A DNA stretch of 64,000 nt, taken from contig CM007989.1 of assembly GCA_002189035.1 (NCBI GenBank), positions 1,736,001 through 1,800,000 on the forward strand, written 5' to 3'. The position numbers and the translations under genes are program-made. Positions 24,031-36,716 of this stretch are shown here, one piece after another. Every line of letters begins with the position of its first letter. Within the stretch, counting starts at the first letter, position 1. The stretch is from Utricularia gibba. Its lineage: Eukaryota > Plantae > Magnoliophyta. Under the pieces are notes generated by a model. The model was not told where the DNA came from and searched no databases. It was given only the letters and a program-made list of their open reading frames with translations.

Positions 24031-25806
24031 ATGGGATCGAGAGGCTGGTTTAAGAACATAATCAGTAAAAGGAAGGTGAACGGTGGCAGATCACAGAAGC
24101 TGAAGGTTCTCGGCCACGTTACTTGATTTCTGCCTTTACTCTTATCCTGAAGCTACTCTTGTGGTTTTTTTTCTATGAACTGCAAATTAAAAGTAAATTT
24201 TTGTATGAGAGTGCAAGTTAGAAGAAAAAAACGGGTGTTCAATTATGCATATACTCCGAAATATGAACATGCTATGTATGTTAAATGACTGCCCGCTTCC
24301 CTTTTTTCTTTAGGTTCTAGTCTTGTATCATAAATGTATTTATCTTGATTCAAACGGATTGTTTTGACTTGCTAATGATCATTTGTTATGCATGGCATTC
24401 AGTGTTGACGCCAACAACTCATTTCAAGAGGGCTAAATTGTAACCAAATGGTCCCTTTGTAATGGTAACTTATGTTTTTCATTATGAAGCAGGGTCACTC
24501 AGCACAAGGAAATGAAATCACAGTTGATCTTCTCGAAGAGAAAGACCATGCCCTGCTATACAGTGGTTCCTCAGCTTATCGTCATGGTGGGGATATTTCA
24601 AATGCAGAAGATGCTGCCGCAACTCGAATTCAAGCTGCTTGCCGGGCATACTTGGTACATAATAGACTGCTCTGTTCAACATTATTTCCACTACTATGAT
24701 GTATCTTCAATTTCCGTGATTCTTATGTGGTTTTATTTCAATTAGTTGAACCTTTTTTTTTTGGATAACTACTTGGGCCTTATGTGCACTGACCTATGCT
24801 ATAGGCTAGAAAAAAACTGCACCATATGAGAGGAATGGCGAGGCTTCATAACTTGGTGCAACGAACTTCAGTTAAAAAGCAGTCAGCGGCTACTTTGACT
24901 CATTTGCACTCATGGAGCAAGATTCAGGCTGAGATTAGAGCCCGTCGAACTCATATGGTTACAGAAGGCCGCCTCAGGCAAAAGAAAGCTGAGAACCAAC
25001 TCAAGTTAGAAGCTAAGCTTCATGATCTCGAGGTAAGCTATTTGGTTACATATTCCAAGAATTTTACCCTTTTGAGATCCCATTCATCTTTTGCATTGAA
25101 ATTTAACCGCTTTGGGAACTTAAGTTTTTTATAATTACTGATCAGTAGTACAGCAAAAAATCGCTATTATTTGTCTCCATTAGCAGTTCTTAGTGAAGAA
25201 GCATCGGTCATAGTGGTCGTTAGGAAAAGAAAAACTTCAATGCTCAATGATTTTGTTTCTTTATGGAGCAACAGGTAGAATGGAGTAGCGGCTCAGAAAC
25301 AATAGATGCAGCTCTAGCTAGAATACATCAGAGGGAGGAGGCAGCTCTGAGGCGGGAGAGAGCAATGGCCTATGCCTTCTCTCATCAGGTTGTTGCATGC
25401 AGCTGATCTCAATTCTTTTTCCTCGCTTGGGTTACCAATAGTGTAACGGTAAGTGACTATGATTACAGTGGAGGGCCAACTGCAGTCCAAACTTTGGGTC
25501 GGGGAATCAAGATTTGAGCAATGCAAACTGGGGCTGGAGCTGGATTGATAACTGGATCGCTGCTCGGCCTTGGGAAGGTCGTTTTGCAGCTCAAGGAACC
25601 CCGAAGAAAACAAGCATCCGCCAACCAAACAAGAATACCAAAAAGGCGAATTCCCCATGAGCAATGCACCTGATAAAGCAAAAGTGAACTCTTCTCTTCC
25701 CAAGAGAAGCACCATTGCTAAAGCAAGCAAACAAGGTGAGAAGAAAGGTGATTCAAAGCTGGCTTCTAAAGCTGGAGATATAAAGACAAATGGTGAAAAG
25801 GATTGA
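24031..25806 (+). CDS. IQ67-domain calmodulin-binding protein (IQD9/IQD10-like), 5 exons
   Basis: MGSRGWFKNIISKRK; EDAAATRIQAACRAYL|ARKK (IQ67 split by the typical phase-0 intron); REEAALRRERAMAYAFSHQ|WRAN; WGWSWIDNWIAARPWE. Confidence 0.92.
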
Positions 25807-26671
25807 TCTTCCTGAAAAAAATAAACAATTAAAATTCATGGATAAGCCAATGTACTTGCTTGTTATCATCTACATATGTTCTTTCTTATTGATTGTGCTC
25901 TGGTGGGAAATTGAATGCATTCTTGTATATACTCGTACATTTTTCATATGGTGATTAGGTTATATGATGTGATATATTATGCATTTGCAATGATAGCTTA
26001 TCTGTTAAGAAGTTGCTGGGTAAAAAAATTTCACACTTCACAGCAGCAGGGGGGGAAATGGCATGTTTCAGTTTCACTCACCCGTACTACCCCTTGTGTA
26101 AATCCAAGAGGAAAGATTCTTATAACTCTGGTTGCAGGCATAAGCCGACAGCTTCTTTGTGAATGCGACGTTTCTACTTTCCCACCATCGTGCCATGTCT
26201 GCTCAAAACTGCAAAATATTACTGAAGTTTTTTATTTTTAATTTTGTGTGTGTACTCCAGATGTCGTAAGATCAATTCTTGTGCTTTGTTAGCACGAAAT
26301 CCCTCCTTGTGTTTTACCCTCACTGAGCAACACCAGGATAAAACTCTGTTTTTCATTTCTTTCATGGATTTTAACCTTAAGTAACCTGGAAGCCTGATTT
26401 TTTGCGGTTGAATTTTCTGGAGGTGGGGGGTGCTTGTATGCGGCAGAGAAGCGAGCAAGTTGGTTTTTTGGGCCATCTCTGCGTAATGATTTCTGTCTGC
26501 AGACCCCATGATGATGCAAAAAACTGCTACAGATGGACAACTCATCTACCACCAGTGCTGTCTGCGCTCCTCCTCCTCCATCTTCACTGTAACCTTTTCA
26601 TTCAATCATTTATTATCAACAGATCTTTGTTTATAGTTTTGTATCATAATCATGTTATTCTGTTAGTGTGC

Positions 26672-26788
26672 GTGTGTGTGTGTGTGTGTGGACTGGAGAT
26701 TTTATGAGGAAAAAGAAGAGGAGATGAACGATCATTTTCTGAGAGAGACCTGACTGATGGGATGGGGTGGGATGGGATGGGATGGGAT
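26672..26788 (+). repeat. (GT)n repeat at 26672-26690 and (GGGAT)n-like repeat at 26756-26788
   Basis: Directly visible; the second contains six G3+ tracts. Confidence 0.9.
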
Positions 26789-27004
26789 CCCGTGTATGTG
26801 TGTAACTAACTGACTTTACTTGTTATTCTTGTTGGGGTATCACGTCAAATCTGGGAAGCGCCGCCATTGCTTCTTGCTGAATTGGAGTTATCAAATTGAG
26901 CAAATTCTTACTTGAAATATTCCTAAAGCAGGCGAAGCAACCAGGAAAAGGAGAAAGAGAAGAGGAGAAAGCGCAGCAGGAGATGTTTTTCTCCTCTGGT
27001 CTAA

Positions 27005-27790
27005 CTAGTAATCTGCATCTGCTACAGTGGAAATGATGGCTGCGAGCTCATCATTGATTCCTGGGAATTGAGAGCTTAGTGAAGAAAAGGTAGACATTCT
27101 TGAGTAGCTGTTACTGGACTGAAGGGGTTCCCTGTGAGAAAAGATCTCGCCTTGACAGAAGAGTGGGGTCTCGGGAAAATGGAGTGGCGCCACCGCAGGA
27201 TGAGAAAAAAACGCCGCTCCTCCGACTCCGGCTCCCGTGGCATCATCATTGCTGCAGCCGAAAATTCTCTGCATTCTCTCTATCTCCGAGTCGAATACCT
27301 CGGAGTCACGCTCTGTCAACGGCGCCGCAAAGTAGCCGTTTTCATGGCAGAGCATAGATGGCGAGCGCGTCGGCGCCTCGTCGATCAGGCACTTGTCGTC
27401 GCAGTAGTAGTAGTAGCTGTCCTCATCATTCGCCGAAGGCACCGGCGGCGGCGGCAGCGGCAGAGTTGGCGGGGCATCCAAGGCTTCAATGGCAGCTTTC
27501 GCCTCCTGCATCAACCAATCGATAGCCTTACTGGGACGGTCGTATCCCAGCCGGTCCTGCACGTCGTAGAACTGAATAGCCGTTTTCGGGGACAGCCGGA
27601 CACGGCGGTCTCTGGCTCCCCTAGCCGTGGACACCTTGCTATGCCGATCCTTCCTTCCGGGGCACCTCAGAACCCTGTCACAGCAGTCCACCTGCTCCCC
27701 CTTGAAACCGCCGCCGGAATCTTCAAGCTCCATCCGGTGAAGGAAGTCCATCTGCATAAATAACACCATCCTTTTGGCTCTCCATGGCAT
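27005..27790 (-). CDS. Class II CIN-clade TCP transcription factor (TCP3/4/10-like), intronless CDS, start codon uncertain
   Basis: TCP domain [50 protein letters not shown]; C-terminal HREPLQSS. Confidence 0.93.
   Translation of the reverse strand: MPWRAKRMVLFMQMDFLHRMELEDSGGGFKGEQVDCCDRVLRCPGRKDRHSKVSTARGARDRRVRLSPKTAIQFYDVQDRLGYDRPSKAIDWLMQEAKAAIEALDAPPTLPLPPPPVPSANDEDSYYYYCDDKCLIDEAPTRSPSMLCHENGYFAAPLTERDSEVFDSEIERMQRIFGCSNDDATGAGVGGAAFFSHPAVAPLHFPETPLFCQGEIFSHREPLQSSNSYSRMSTFSSLSSQFPGINDELAAIISTVADADY
27114..27133 (-). promoter_or_regulatory. miR319 target site in the TCP mRNA
   Basis: Sense sequence AGGGAACCCCTTCAGTCCAG is near-complementary to miR319 (UUGGACUGAAGGGAGCUCCCU) and lies at the usual position for CIN TCPs. 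Confidence 0.88.
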
Positions 27791-29789
27791 TGCTTTATAG
27801 GAAAAAAAGAAAGAAGAAAGGGTACACACACAAACACAAGCAGGAGCAGAGTTTTCACTATCACAAAAACTCTGTCGGGAGTCACGCTTCCCTTCTGCCA
27901 CCAGGTAAATCTTGTCTAAACCCCCTCCTCCTCCTCTTTCCACCTCCATTTTTAATCATCTCCTAGCTTTTACACGTTCTGTCTGAACATCACATGTTAT
28001 TTTGTTTTTACAATAAAAAAACAGAGAAGCATTCATAAATATCAACGAAGAGGAAGCCCCTATTTGACAAATTTTCCATGTGTTGTATGCCTGTAGTTGA
28101 AACACGAAGTCAATTGGTCGAAGACTGAATTCAAACTTTGAAATGAATGCCTTGCTGTAGGAACCCTAAAAAAGAAATCAAACAAAATATTACAAGGGCC
28201 CACCCTTGGATGTGAAACTTCGCCCACTGTACTAGTGAGAATTTGTATGGATCTTGATGTCCAAAAAATGCACATGTTGAAAACAACCCCTGTGATTTTA
28301 TTTCATATTTTGTATAAAAATTACATATATAATAAAAGTTTGCATGAAAATGCGTTTTTAAAAATAATAAATATTTTTAAGCATATACTCTTTTAGTTTA
28401 TCAAAATTATTTTTAGAATATTTTTTTTTTCCAATACACCACGCGTGTAGGGATGTGAATATGAAGACAAGAGTTATCTTTTTGAAAACTAATTATTCTA
28501 ACATTCTATGTAATACATTAATATTAAAATTTTACATATATTATGTTTATTCAGTATTATTGTTACTTTTAAAAATCAGCAAGGCGGGCGGGGCGGGGCA
28601 TTCAATTCCATGGCATCTGCAGAGAACAGATCAGAACAGAAGTCCGCAGAGTTCAGAGCCTCCGCTCCTCTCCTCGAACCAAGAAGAAGAAGAGGAAGAA
28701 GAAGAGGCAGGCAGCAGCAGGTTGTTTGTTTTTTTGTCTGATGCGCCAAGATTAAAGTGATGCACGATTAAAGAACCAGCCTCGCATCGATGCTTTCTTT
28801 GTTTTTTTGGGTTGCAGCAGCAGCACTGTGCCATTCGCAAATTCATTTTTTAAAAACTGGATGCAGAAATTAATTGCTGATATGCGCCACAAGTGAAGTC
28901 AGAGCAGCTACGCCCAGCCACACCGCTCTCTCTCTCCTCATTTTGGAGGATCCTTTCAAAAGAGCATATTGCATCATATTTGATTCGTAAGTTTCCACAT
29001 GAGTTTAGGAATAAACATACGTTTGATACATGGATTTTAGACGGGTAAAAATATACTCAACTGCTGTCTATATACTAGATATTAACCCGTCTAGCTGGAT
29101 TTAACTAAATCGCAATGTTGGTTAGTTTAGTTAAACAAAGAATGTTGCTTTCAATTTTATTCTCAACTTTGTGTAAATTTGATCTCTATTTCAATTTTAA
29201 ATGGATACTTTTTCTAGTTTCATTGAATCTATAGTTCATTAACCACAATTTGATCTCTATTTTAGTTTTGATTTTGATCACAAAAAATCAAAGTTTGAAC
29301 CAAATCAAATCTAAATCAAATTAAAGTTTTTTATTCGAATCACAGTTTTAAAAGTATTATTAAAAATTATTTTAAAAATGAAATTTTTATTTATTAAAAA
29401 GGAGGATGAACATTAATTAATAAAAGATTTTAAATTTTTAGCAAAAAGTAAGCGACATTAATTATATTCAAATAAAGTTATCATTTATTATATGCCTTAT
29501 TTTATAAATACTTAAGTTCAAATAAAATAATTTATATATTTTAATATAGAAAAAATGTCTTATTATTTTTTAAAATTCTGGACATTCTTTATCAACTTTA
29601 AACTTAGAACACGTGGGTCATTCTCATTCTAATTATAAATGCATAATTCCTTTTGAAGTGATTAAAACATGGTCACGATATATTCGTAGAATGGAAATGA
29701 AAAATAAAGTATTTACTTATCATTATTAAAATTGGGGTAGGGGGTGCCGGGCGGGCGGCTAATTGATTGGGGCTCCGACCATTCATTAT

Positions 29790-29871
29790 AAACCCTAACA
29801 TGTGTTTGCCACAGAAATTACAATTTCACTAGCGTAAACGTGGGCACCGGACTCTGGTGGACTTAGGGTTT
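29790..29871. promoter_or_regulatory. Two telo-boxes upstream of the WW-domain gene
   Basis: AAACCCTAA at 29790-29798 and TTAGGGTTT at 29863-29871, 200-290 bp before the ATG. Confidence 0.6.
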
Positions 29872-30077
29872 CGCAAGTAGTCATAAAAAAGGTGAGTTCT
29901 TTCAAATGTCTTACACGGATTAAGGATGGGATGGTTTCTTATTTTCCATTGCTGATTGATTGCATGTTCTTAGTGTCAATGCTCTGAACTCAGATTCTTG
30001 GTCGATTTTCTGCGACCGCCTGTTTTTTTGTTCGTTGTTCTTGGGCTCTGTGGGTTTGATTCGAGGGGTATTGAAAC

Positions 30078-33000
30078 ATGGGGCGGCGAAGAGAGCGTCG
30101 TCTCGCTGCATTAAACGCCGCCGGTCGTCGAGTTAAGGTTGATCTTTCAGCGGATTCCTCGGGTATGTAATCGGTAATTGTTGGAAAATTGGGCTCATGA
30201 AGCAATTATTGAGCGTAATTTTTTTTCTTCACAATATTTTTCTGTAGGAGATATGTTTGGTAGCTCTGCCCAGGAAGATGTTGCAGAGAATGGTGATCCC
30301 AAAACTCATGCTGAGTTTCAAACTTTACACACATCCTCAGGTGGGTTGCGTCAGTTTTCTTCAAAGGACTGGTGTTTGTAGAGAAGACATGATGTGACAG
30401 ATTAGAATTGGTGGAATTGTTGGGTTTTTTGTCAAGACATTATTACACGACCAGAAAAAAAAAATACATCAGAGGTAGGATGGCTGTGGTAATGGGAACA
30501 ATCAAATGCGTATCAAACTACGCGTGGCCCCTGCCACAATGCGTTATCAGGGGGAATTCGCTCCATTGTTTCGTATTCCTTTGGCTTTAATTCCCTTTGG
30601 CTGTACTGATGGTGTGGAATTGCTGCTACAGGTTTGATGGCCTTGCTGATTTTTTTTTTTTTTTTTTTTTTTTGTAATTCCTTGCTCTCTTTAAGTTATG
30701 TTCGCTGATTTTGTTCTTAAATATCATTTTGGCAACAAAGGAAACATCTTTTCATCTTGCGCGTTAAACTTCCATTCCTTCGTCAGCAGGTCAACTGCAG
30801 CCAAATACTCTTCAGCTTCTTGAGCAATACAGCGATGAAGATTCTGATGAGGGTCAGAAGGAACATAACGACTGTGCTCCATCAATACAGGTATCTAATC
30901 ATATTGAAGATGTTACATGAACAGCAGTAAACTCTTAGGAAAATGAACATGGAACTGCTACCGATGTTCCCTCTAAGAACCATACCAGACTAATAGTTTT
31001 TTTGTGTTTTTCTTTTTCAGGAAAAACTTATTGATCAAGAAGAAACTGAAACTGGGAGAAATGATGATATAAAAGAGCTTAATGATCAGGTTGATCAATT
31101 TTTGAAGGATAACTTTTCAACTGAAGAACATTCAGAAGAAAAAATGGACACTGGGGTGGTCGATGTTCAAGATTTGAAGATTGCTGGTGTTATTGGAGCG
31201 GTAAATCAAGCTGAGCATGATAACAGATTTGCTGAGAACCCAATTTCAGGTTGGAAGATGGTGTTGCATGAAGAGAGCAATTGTTATTACTATTGGAATA
31301 TTGAGACAGGTGAAACATCTTGGGAAGTGCCAGATGTTTTCTCTCAATCATTCGATGGATCTTTTGAAAACAATGCTATCGTTAACAGTGAAGCAAAACT
31401 GGTCAGCGTGAAAGAAGCAGATTTCTCTGACGAAGGTCCTAAAATGGAATCCATTGATGAGAGTAATCTTAGTAATTACGGCCCATATGCTGGTAAATAT
31501 TCCGTGGAAAATGGCAGTGATAGCACACACTTTTTGGAACTGATGAATAAATGCGAAAGTCTGGTGGAGAGGTTGAAATCTGTCAAAAGGTACACCAGAA
31601 GTTATAGTATTTTCTTTGTTCTGCTCCCATCTGTTCATATTTGCATTCTCTTGTTTCGAAGTACTGACTCTTTTACTTCTGAATCTCAGCTCGAATTGCA
31701 ATCTAGATAGCCAGCAATATATGAAATACATGGTGGAAATTGAGGTCAGAAATGGAGATATCAAGGCATTGGCATCCTGCGGGTCTTGCTTGCTTCCATT
31801 TTGGCTGCATATAGAGGCTCATTTAAATCATATTGAAATTGGACTTGGCAGGTTGGTTGAGTCCCGCAACAGCTCTTCAGTAAGCCCAGAGATAACGGCT
31901 GATATAAACAAGGATAACGGTATTTGTGGGATTGATTCAAATGCGAAGTCTCCATCATTATCTCCTGGTGAAACAAGAGCTAATGCAACATTATCACCTC
32001 CTCAAGTTCAAAACCAGCTTGCTGATATGTCGGGGTTTGGTCCCCACCAGATGTCCAGCACACATAACCCTGAAGATGTGGGAGAAAAAGATGAAGCACT
32101 TGAAGCTGAAAAAAATGAGTTTGATTGTAGACAAGGTCTTCATGCTGGCGAAGAAGTAGAAATGGATGTGGATATGGAAGTGGAAGAGATATCATCTGTT
32201 GAACCAGTGCATCTACTTGCACCAGGTCCTCATCATTGTGCTTCTGTGGAACAATCTGAAGTTCCTGATAGATCCACAACCAGAGAAATGGTTGTTCCAG
32301 GTCAAGCAGTAGGTGGCTTTTCACTTGGAGATTGGATTCCTCCACCACCTGATGATGAGTCTTTTCCTCCTCCACCTCCTGATGATGAGCCTTGTCCTCC
32401 ACCACCTGAGGAGGCTCAAGATACATCATATCCCTCATTGCAACTTGGATCACTCCCATCTTTTCAACACTCTGGAGAGTTTGCTGTACCTTATCCAGTT
32501 CATAGTCTTCAGTATTACGGGCAACCTGATGAGGTTGTTGCCGGTACTTCTTTGTACACACAACTGGACACAGTGCAGATGTGCATTTCACACTTGCCAC
32601 ATTACTATGATCCCATCACAAATACCTATGCAGTTACCTCATTGGAAGCCAACCCTGTGGAACCTGCGGCCTATTATAGCCTTCCTATGGAAGCCCAACA
32701 TTCTGGGCAGTCCATTGTATCAGGAGCTTTGGGTGCCACTGGCGAGTCGTTTCCTGGGACAGCAGATTCATCTTTGGTTGCATCTTCAGGTTCAATCGCA
32801 GAGGCCAATTCTGGTTTTTTGAGTTCGAAGGATTTTAGGTCAGCTGCTATTTATTTGAAGTCTAGTAAAGACACAGATATCCAACCTGCATCTGGGGCTC
32901 CAGAAGCTTCTTCTGGCACCAGCGTACGTGTGCAAGATTCTGTTAGCAATAATTCTGCTGCAGCCACAAAGGCTCAGCAGTCTAAGGGTATGGACTGAAT

Positions 33001-34184
33001 CTTCTCATTTTCTTTGGATTTTTTTCGAAAATTTTAAGAACTTTTGATGGTAATCCATGCATCTAACCCTACAATTAGTGCTGAATAAACCGCCCACCTG
33101 CAGATCATGTAATACACACACACACACACAAACAAACAATTCAGACACTCATGTCTTGCTTCTTTGAACACCTGCACTAGTGATTGACCAAACATCTAAT
33201 TTAATTTTTCACTTCTCTATCTTTTCAGTCATGCGTGGTAAGAAACGAGTTGTTGCTGTGGTTCCCATGATGAAAGCCAGTAAAAAAGTTTCTGGCTTGG
33301 TAGACAAGGTTAGTGTGGAATAAATTTGATAGCAGTCGTGATTATTTTGTACTTTTGATAATGTATTATTCAATAGTTTGTGCATTTACGTTAGTGGAAG
33401 GCTGTGAAAGAGGAGTTGAGCGTTGAAGATGAGGAATCAGAAGGCGCATATGAGATTTTGGAGAAGAAACGTCAAAGGGAAATTGAGGTTTGTAGATTCT
33501 TTATCACTTCATATCTTGGGGTTACTAGTATTTCGTATCCCATCTTCTCTATGCCTTTGCAGGAATGGCGAGCAAATCAGGTTGCTAGTGGAGCAGCCAG
33601 GGACAACGCTAATTTTCAGCCATTGGGTGGTGATTGGTATTAATCCTTTTGCCCTGGTGTTTCCTGCTTGTTTAATTTTAGGGGCTCGTTGTGATGCAAA
33701 TAACAATGCTTGCCATGGGTACTCAGTTTTGCTTTGCTTTGGTGATATTCTTTTTCTTTTTGGGGTAAATAAAGGATAACAGTAGAATTGGTTCCAAAAT
33801 AATAAGCTTAGCTACCGGTTTCATTTTAGTCCTTGTTTGGTAGGACGAATGATGCTTTTTTTCTTCTTCTGTTGTGTTATTTAGTAGTCCTACCGTGATG
33901 CAGGAGAGAGAGAGTGAAGCGTAGGAAAGCTGAAAGGGTAAAGGAATGTAAAGAAAGTTCCAATGATGAAAAGCAGAAACCTGATTTGGTGGAACTTGCG
34001 AAAGGGCTCCCATCTGGTTGGCAGGTAGGTGCTATACATACGATATATATGATATCTCTTCTCCGTTATTGCGTGGTTGAGTGTTTTATGCTCTCTTTAG
34101 GCTTATTGGGACGAGTCTTCGAGGAAGGTCTATTACGGGAATGTGGTGACATCTAAAACTACGTGGACAAGGCCTAAAGTGTAG
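30078..34184 (+). CDS. Two-WW-domain protein (FNBP4-like), 10 exons
   Basis: MGRRRERRLAALNAAGRRVKVDL; WW1 GWKMVLHEESNCYYYWNIETGETSWEVP; NANFQPLGGDWRERVKRR; WW2 LPSGWQ|AYWDESSRKVYYGNVVTSKTTWTRP. All splice phases checked by hand are compatible. Confidence 0.88.
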
Positions 34185-34346
34185 AGGAGAGGAGAGGGAA
34201 TGTATTCATTTTTAGACTACACTGGATAAAGCAGCATCTTTAGTTTGTAAATTATTCACTTCAGTAAAATTTTATTGAGAAAAGAAAAATGCCCCGTGTC
34301 CTGCACTTTCCATGGTGTACTTACTACTGTGTTGGGCGCCAGATAT

Positions 34347-35453
34347 TTATCTATTTAATTTGTCTATTCCTTGTTTACAAAGAGGGCAGCATGGGATGAT
34401 CTTGAGCCACTGGTCCACGCAATTAAGGTGAAAAATGTGGCAACAAGGAAGCTGCCTGATTTCATCCTTGTACCTGTACATGGCCAAACAAATACAGCAG
34501 CAATCCTGTGGAATAGGAAAGACTTGATTTCATTAGGTGAAAATAAAAGTTTCCCTGCTTTTCTTCTTTCACAGAAATAGCCTGAACCTGGATTTGTTGC
34601 TGTGTTGAGTCGCGGCAGGTATCGTAACTCCATCTACGTAGTGCAGCAAGCTGCTTGTCGGTTGCTCCTCGGCAGAGAAAGGCATGTGTGTTCATGTTGT
34701 AGCCAATGAGCTTGGAAACCAATGGCACACAACAGCAGAGTAACAGGAAGAGTATGAAAGGGAAGGAGTAGGTAATTGCATTCCAGGCCAGAAGAGATAC
34801 ACAGAGGAAGTGAAGTTTTGGGGTGCCGTCATATGACCCCAGACGGGAATCAAACATCCAAACATTGCCCATTACGAACCATATTGCAAAAACCAGCTCC
34901 ACCCGACTCTTCATCTTTTGCAGGTACATCATCGAATATCTGGTGTGTGTTGGAAACAGGGGAAATGTTTATTTTCATTGAAAAAAAGGTGCAAGAAGAT
35001 GGGAAGTTGTGTTTTTTTGTTTCATATTCCATGTTACCTTCCGGATTCTGCCTGATGCTCGATATCATCAGGTAAAAGATGAAGAAGCCGGAAACGCCAA
35101 CACAGAAGAACAAGGCTGAGAAAGCATGCAGAAGCATACCCCAAAACCCAGATCCTCATCGGCCAAACAGGCGCCTCATCATAGGAAAGCATCAGGGTAC
35201 AGCCGACGGCAGTGATCTCAAGTGTCAATCCAATCATCTCCATGAGCATCCACCAGTTGGAGTCGAAAGGATTGGGACCAAGATCAGACGCTCCTGACCC
35301 ATTCTGGTAATGAAAAACTCTTCTCAGGAAACTGTATCCTCTTGATCTTGATACCCTGATGGCCAACCGAACCATAAACGATGCAGGAGGCACCTCGCCC
35401 CCACCTTCTCCCAAAGCCAATGAAACAGAGCCCCCTGAAGACAGAGTACTCAT
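34347..35453 (-). CDS. Transmembrane RING-H2 E3 ubiquitin ligase, 3 exons
   Basis: FLRRVFHYQNG..DLGPNPF; PVWPMRIW; LLLCCCVP; RING CCICLAMY...LPCCHIFHLNCVDQWLKIIPCCPLCK after intron 34587-34506. Confidence 0.9.
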
Positions 35454-36708
35454 CCCAAAAACTTCTGCTGCTGCTGCTGCAGCTCAGGCGGGCATGGCTG
35501 AAGGCATAAGAAGGCAACCAGAACCCCAACTACTCGTGCGTTGCTTTGCTTCCTCTCAAAGGGAAGGGAATAACCGTTACGCTAACCGCTGGCCTAACAC
35601 CAGGTAGAGAAGATGTTATACTGATCTCACCTAAGGGCTCGTAGAGAAGGTGCGTGTCGCCGTATCCCCGTGGCAAGTGTCGTATGGTGCGGGCCCCGCT
35701 GTCCAGTTTATATATATATACTACACTGATTCGTAGTCACCGGTATGACAATGTTGATAAGCATGAACCCGTTCTACGTTATCCAGTTTTCACCACTGGG
35801 CCTACTCCAAAGCCCATCAGGAGCATGCATTCCTACTCGAAAGCCCACCTAGCCCAACAAGAAAGCGCAATGAATGCTGCAGCAGCAGCAGCAGCCCTAG
35901 GGTTGTGAAAGCGACGGCGCCTGAGGAAACGGGGCCGTCGGTGGCCAACCCAAAACATGTAATCAACATCACGTAGGTGCAGCAGCATTTATGGCCGGCT
36001 CCCGCCGTGGGGCGTTTCGCTATTAACGAACCGGTAATTAATAATTAATTGGCTAATAGCAGCAGTAAGTAAGTGGATGTTTGGGTTGGACCCGGGAAGG
36101 GGGGGCTCATGAATTAATTAGTGGCTCCTAATGATGATTATCGGTAATCAATGCTGGTTTAAGTCAAAGGTGGGTTCAGTGGTCAGGGTCGTACCGTGGC
36201 CGGTCCCCGTGCCGGGAAAGCGAAATGTCACCTTGGATTAATTCCGCGGTCCATTTCAATATGCATTCTGGCTTCGCACCTCCATACGATGAGAATCCCC
36301 TCGGAAAGCGCGTCCCTTTCCGGTGCACCGGATTGGATCCGGCGTCCCAATTCCTTGACCTGAGCGCCGCCCAACCAACGCTTCCTACTTCCAACCGAAG
36401 CGACTCCGCAATCGGTACTCACAAATCCATCTCCATGGAGTGCCCTCCAAGTCTTGATGTTTCTAGAAGATTCCTTTTTGAGTGAAACGCAAGAGAGGAG
36501 TGTAATAACGCATTTATTTTAAAAAAGATAATATTTTTCCAAATTCATTTATTAATAATATTATTTGGGATATGGGTTTAGAAAAAATAATATTATTGAA
36601 TTTGCATTTTAATAATTTAGCGTTCGGACAGGTAGCCCAACCACGAGACAAACAAGGGCGTAGGAAAGGCCAAGGGTTCGTGAAGGCTCACGGGTGGGGG
36701 GCGCCGGT

Positions 36709-36716
36709 CACGTGGC
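36709..36716 (+). promoter_or_regulatory. G-box/ABRE (CACGTGGC)
   Basis: Motif in a GC-rich patch followed by a GCC repeat; target gene unclear. Confidence 0.4.

Noticed and set aside
26219-26552. ORFs of 87-108 aa downstream of the TCP gene as an extra exon or a separate gene
   Set aside because: No phase-compatible donor in the TCP ORF and no recognisable motif; likely 3' UTR or intergenic sequence.
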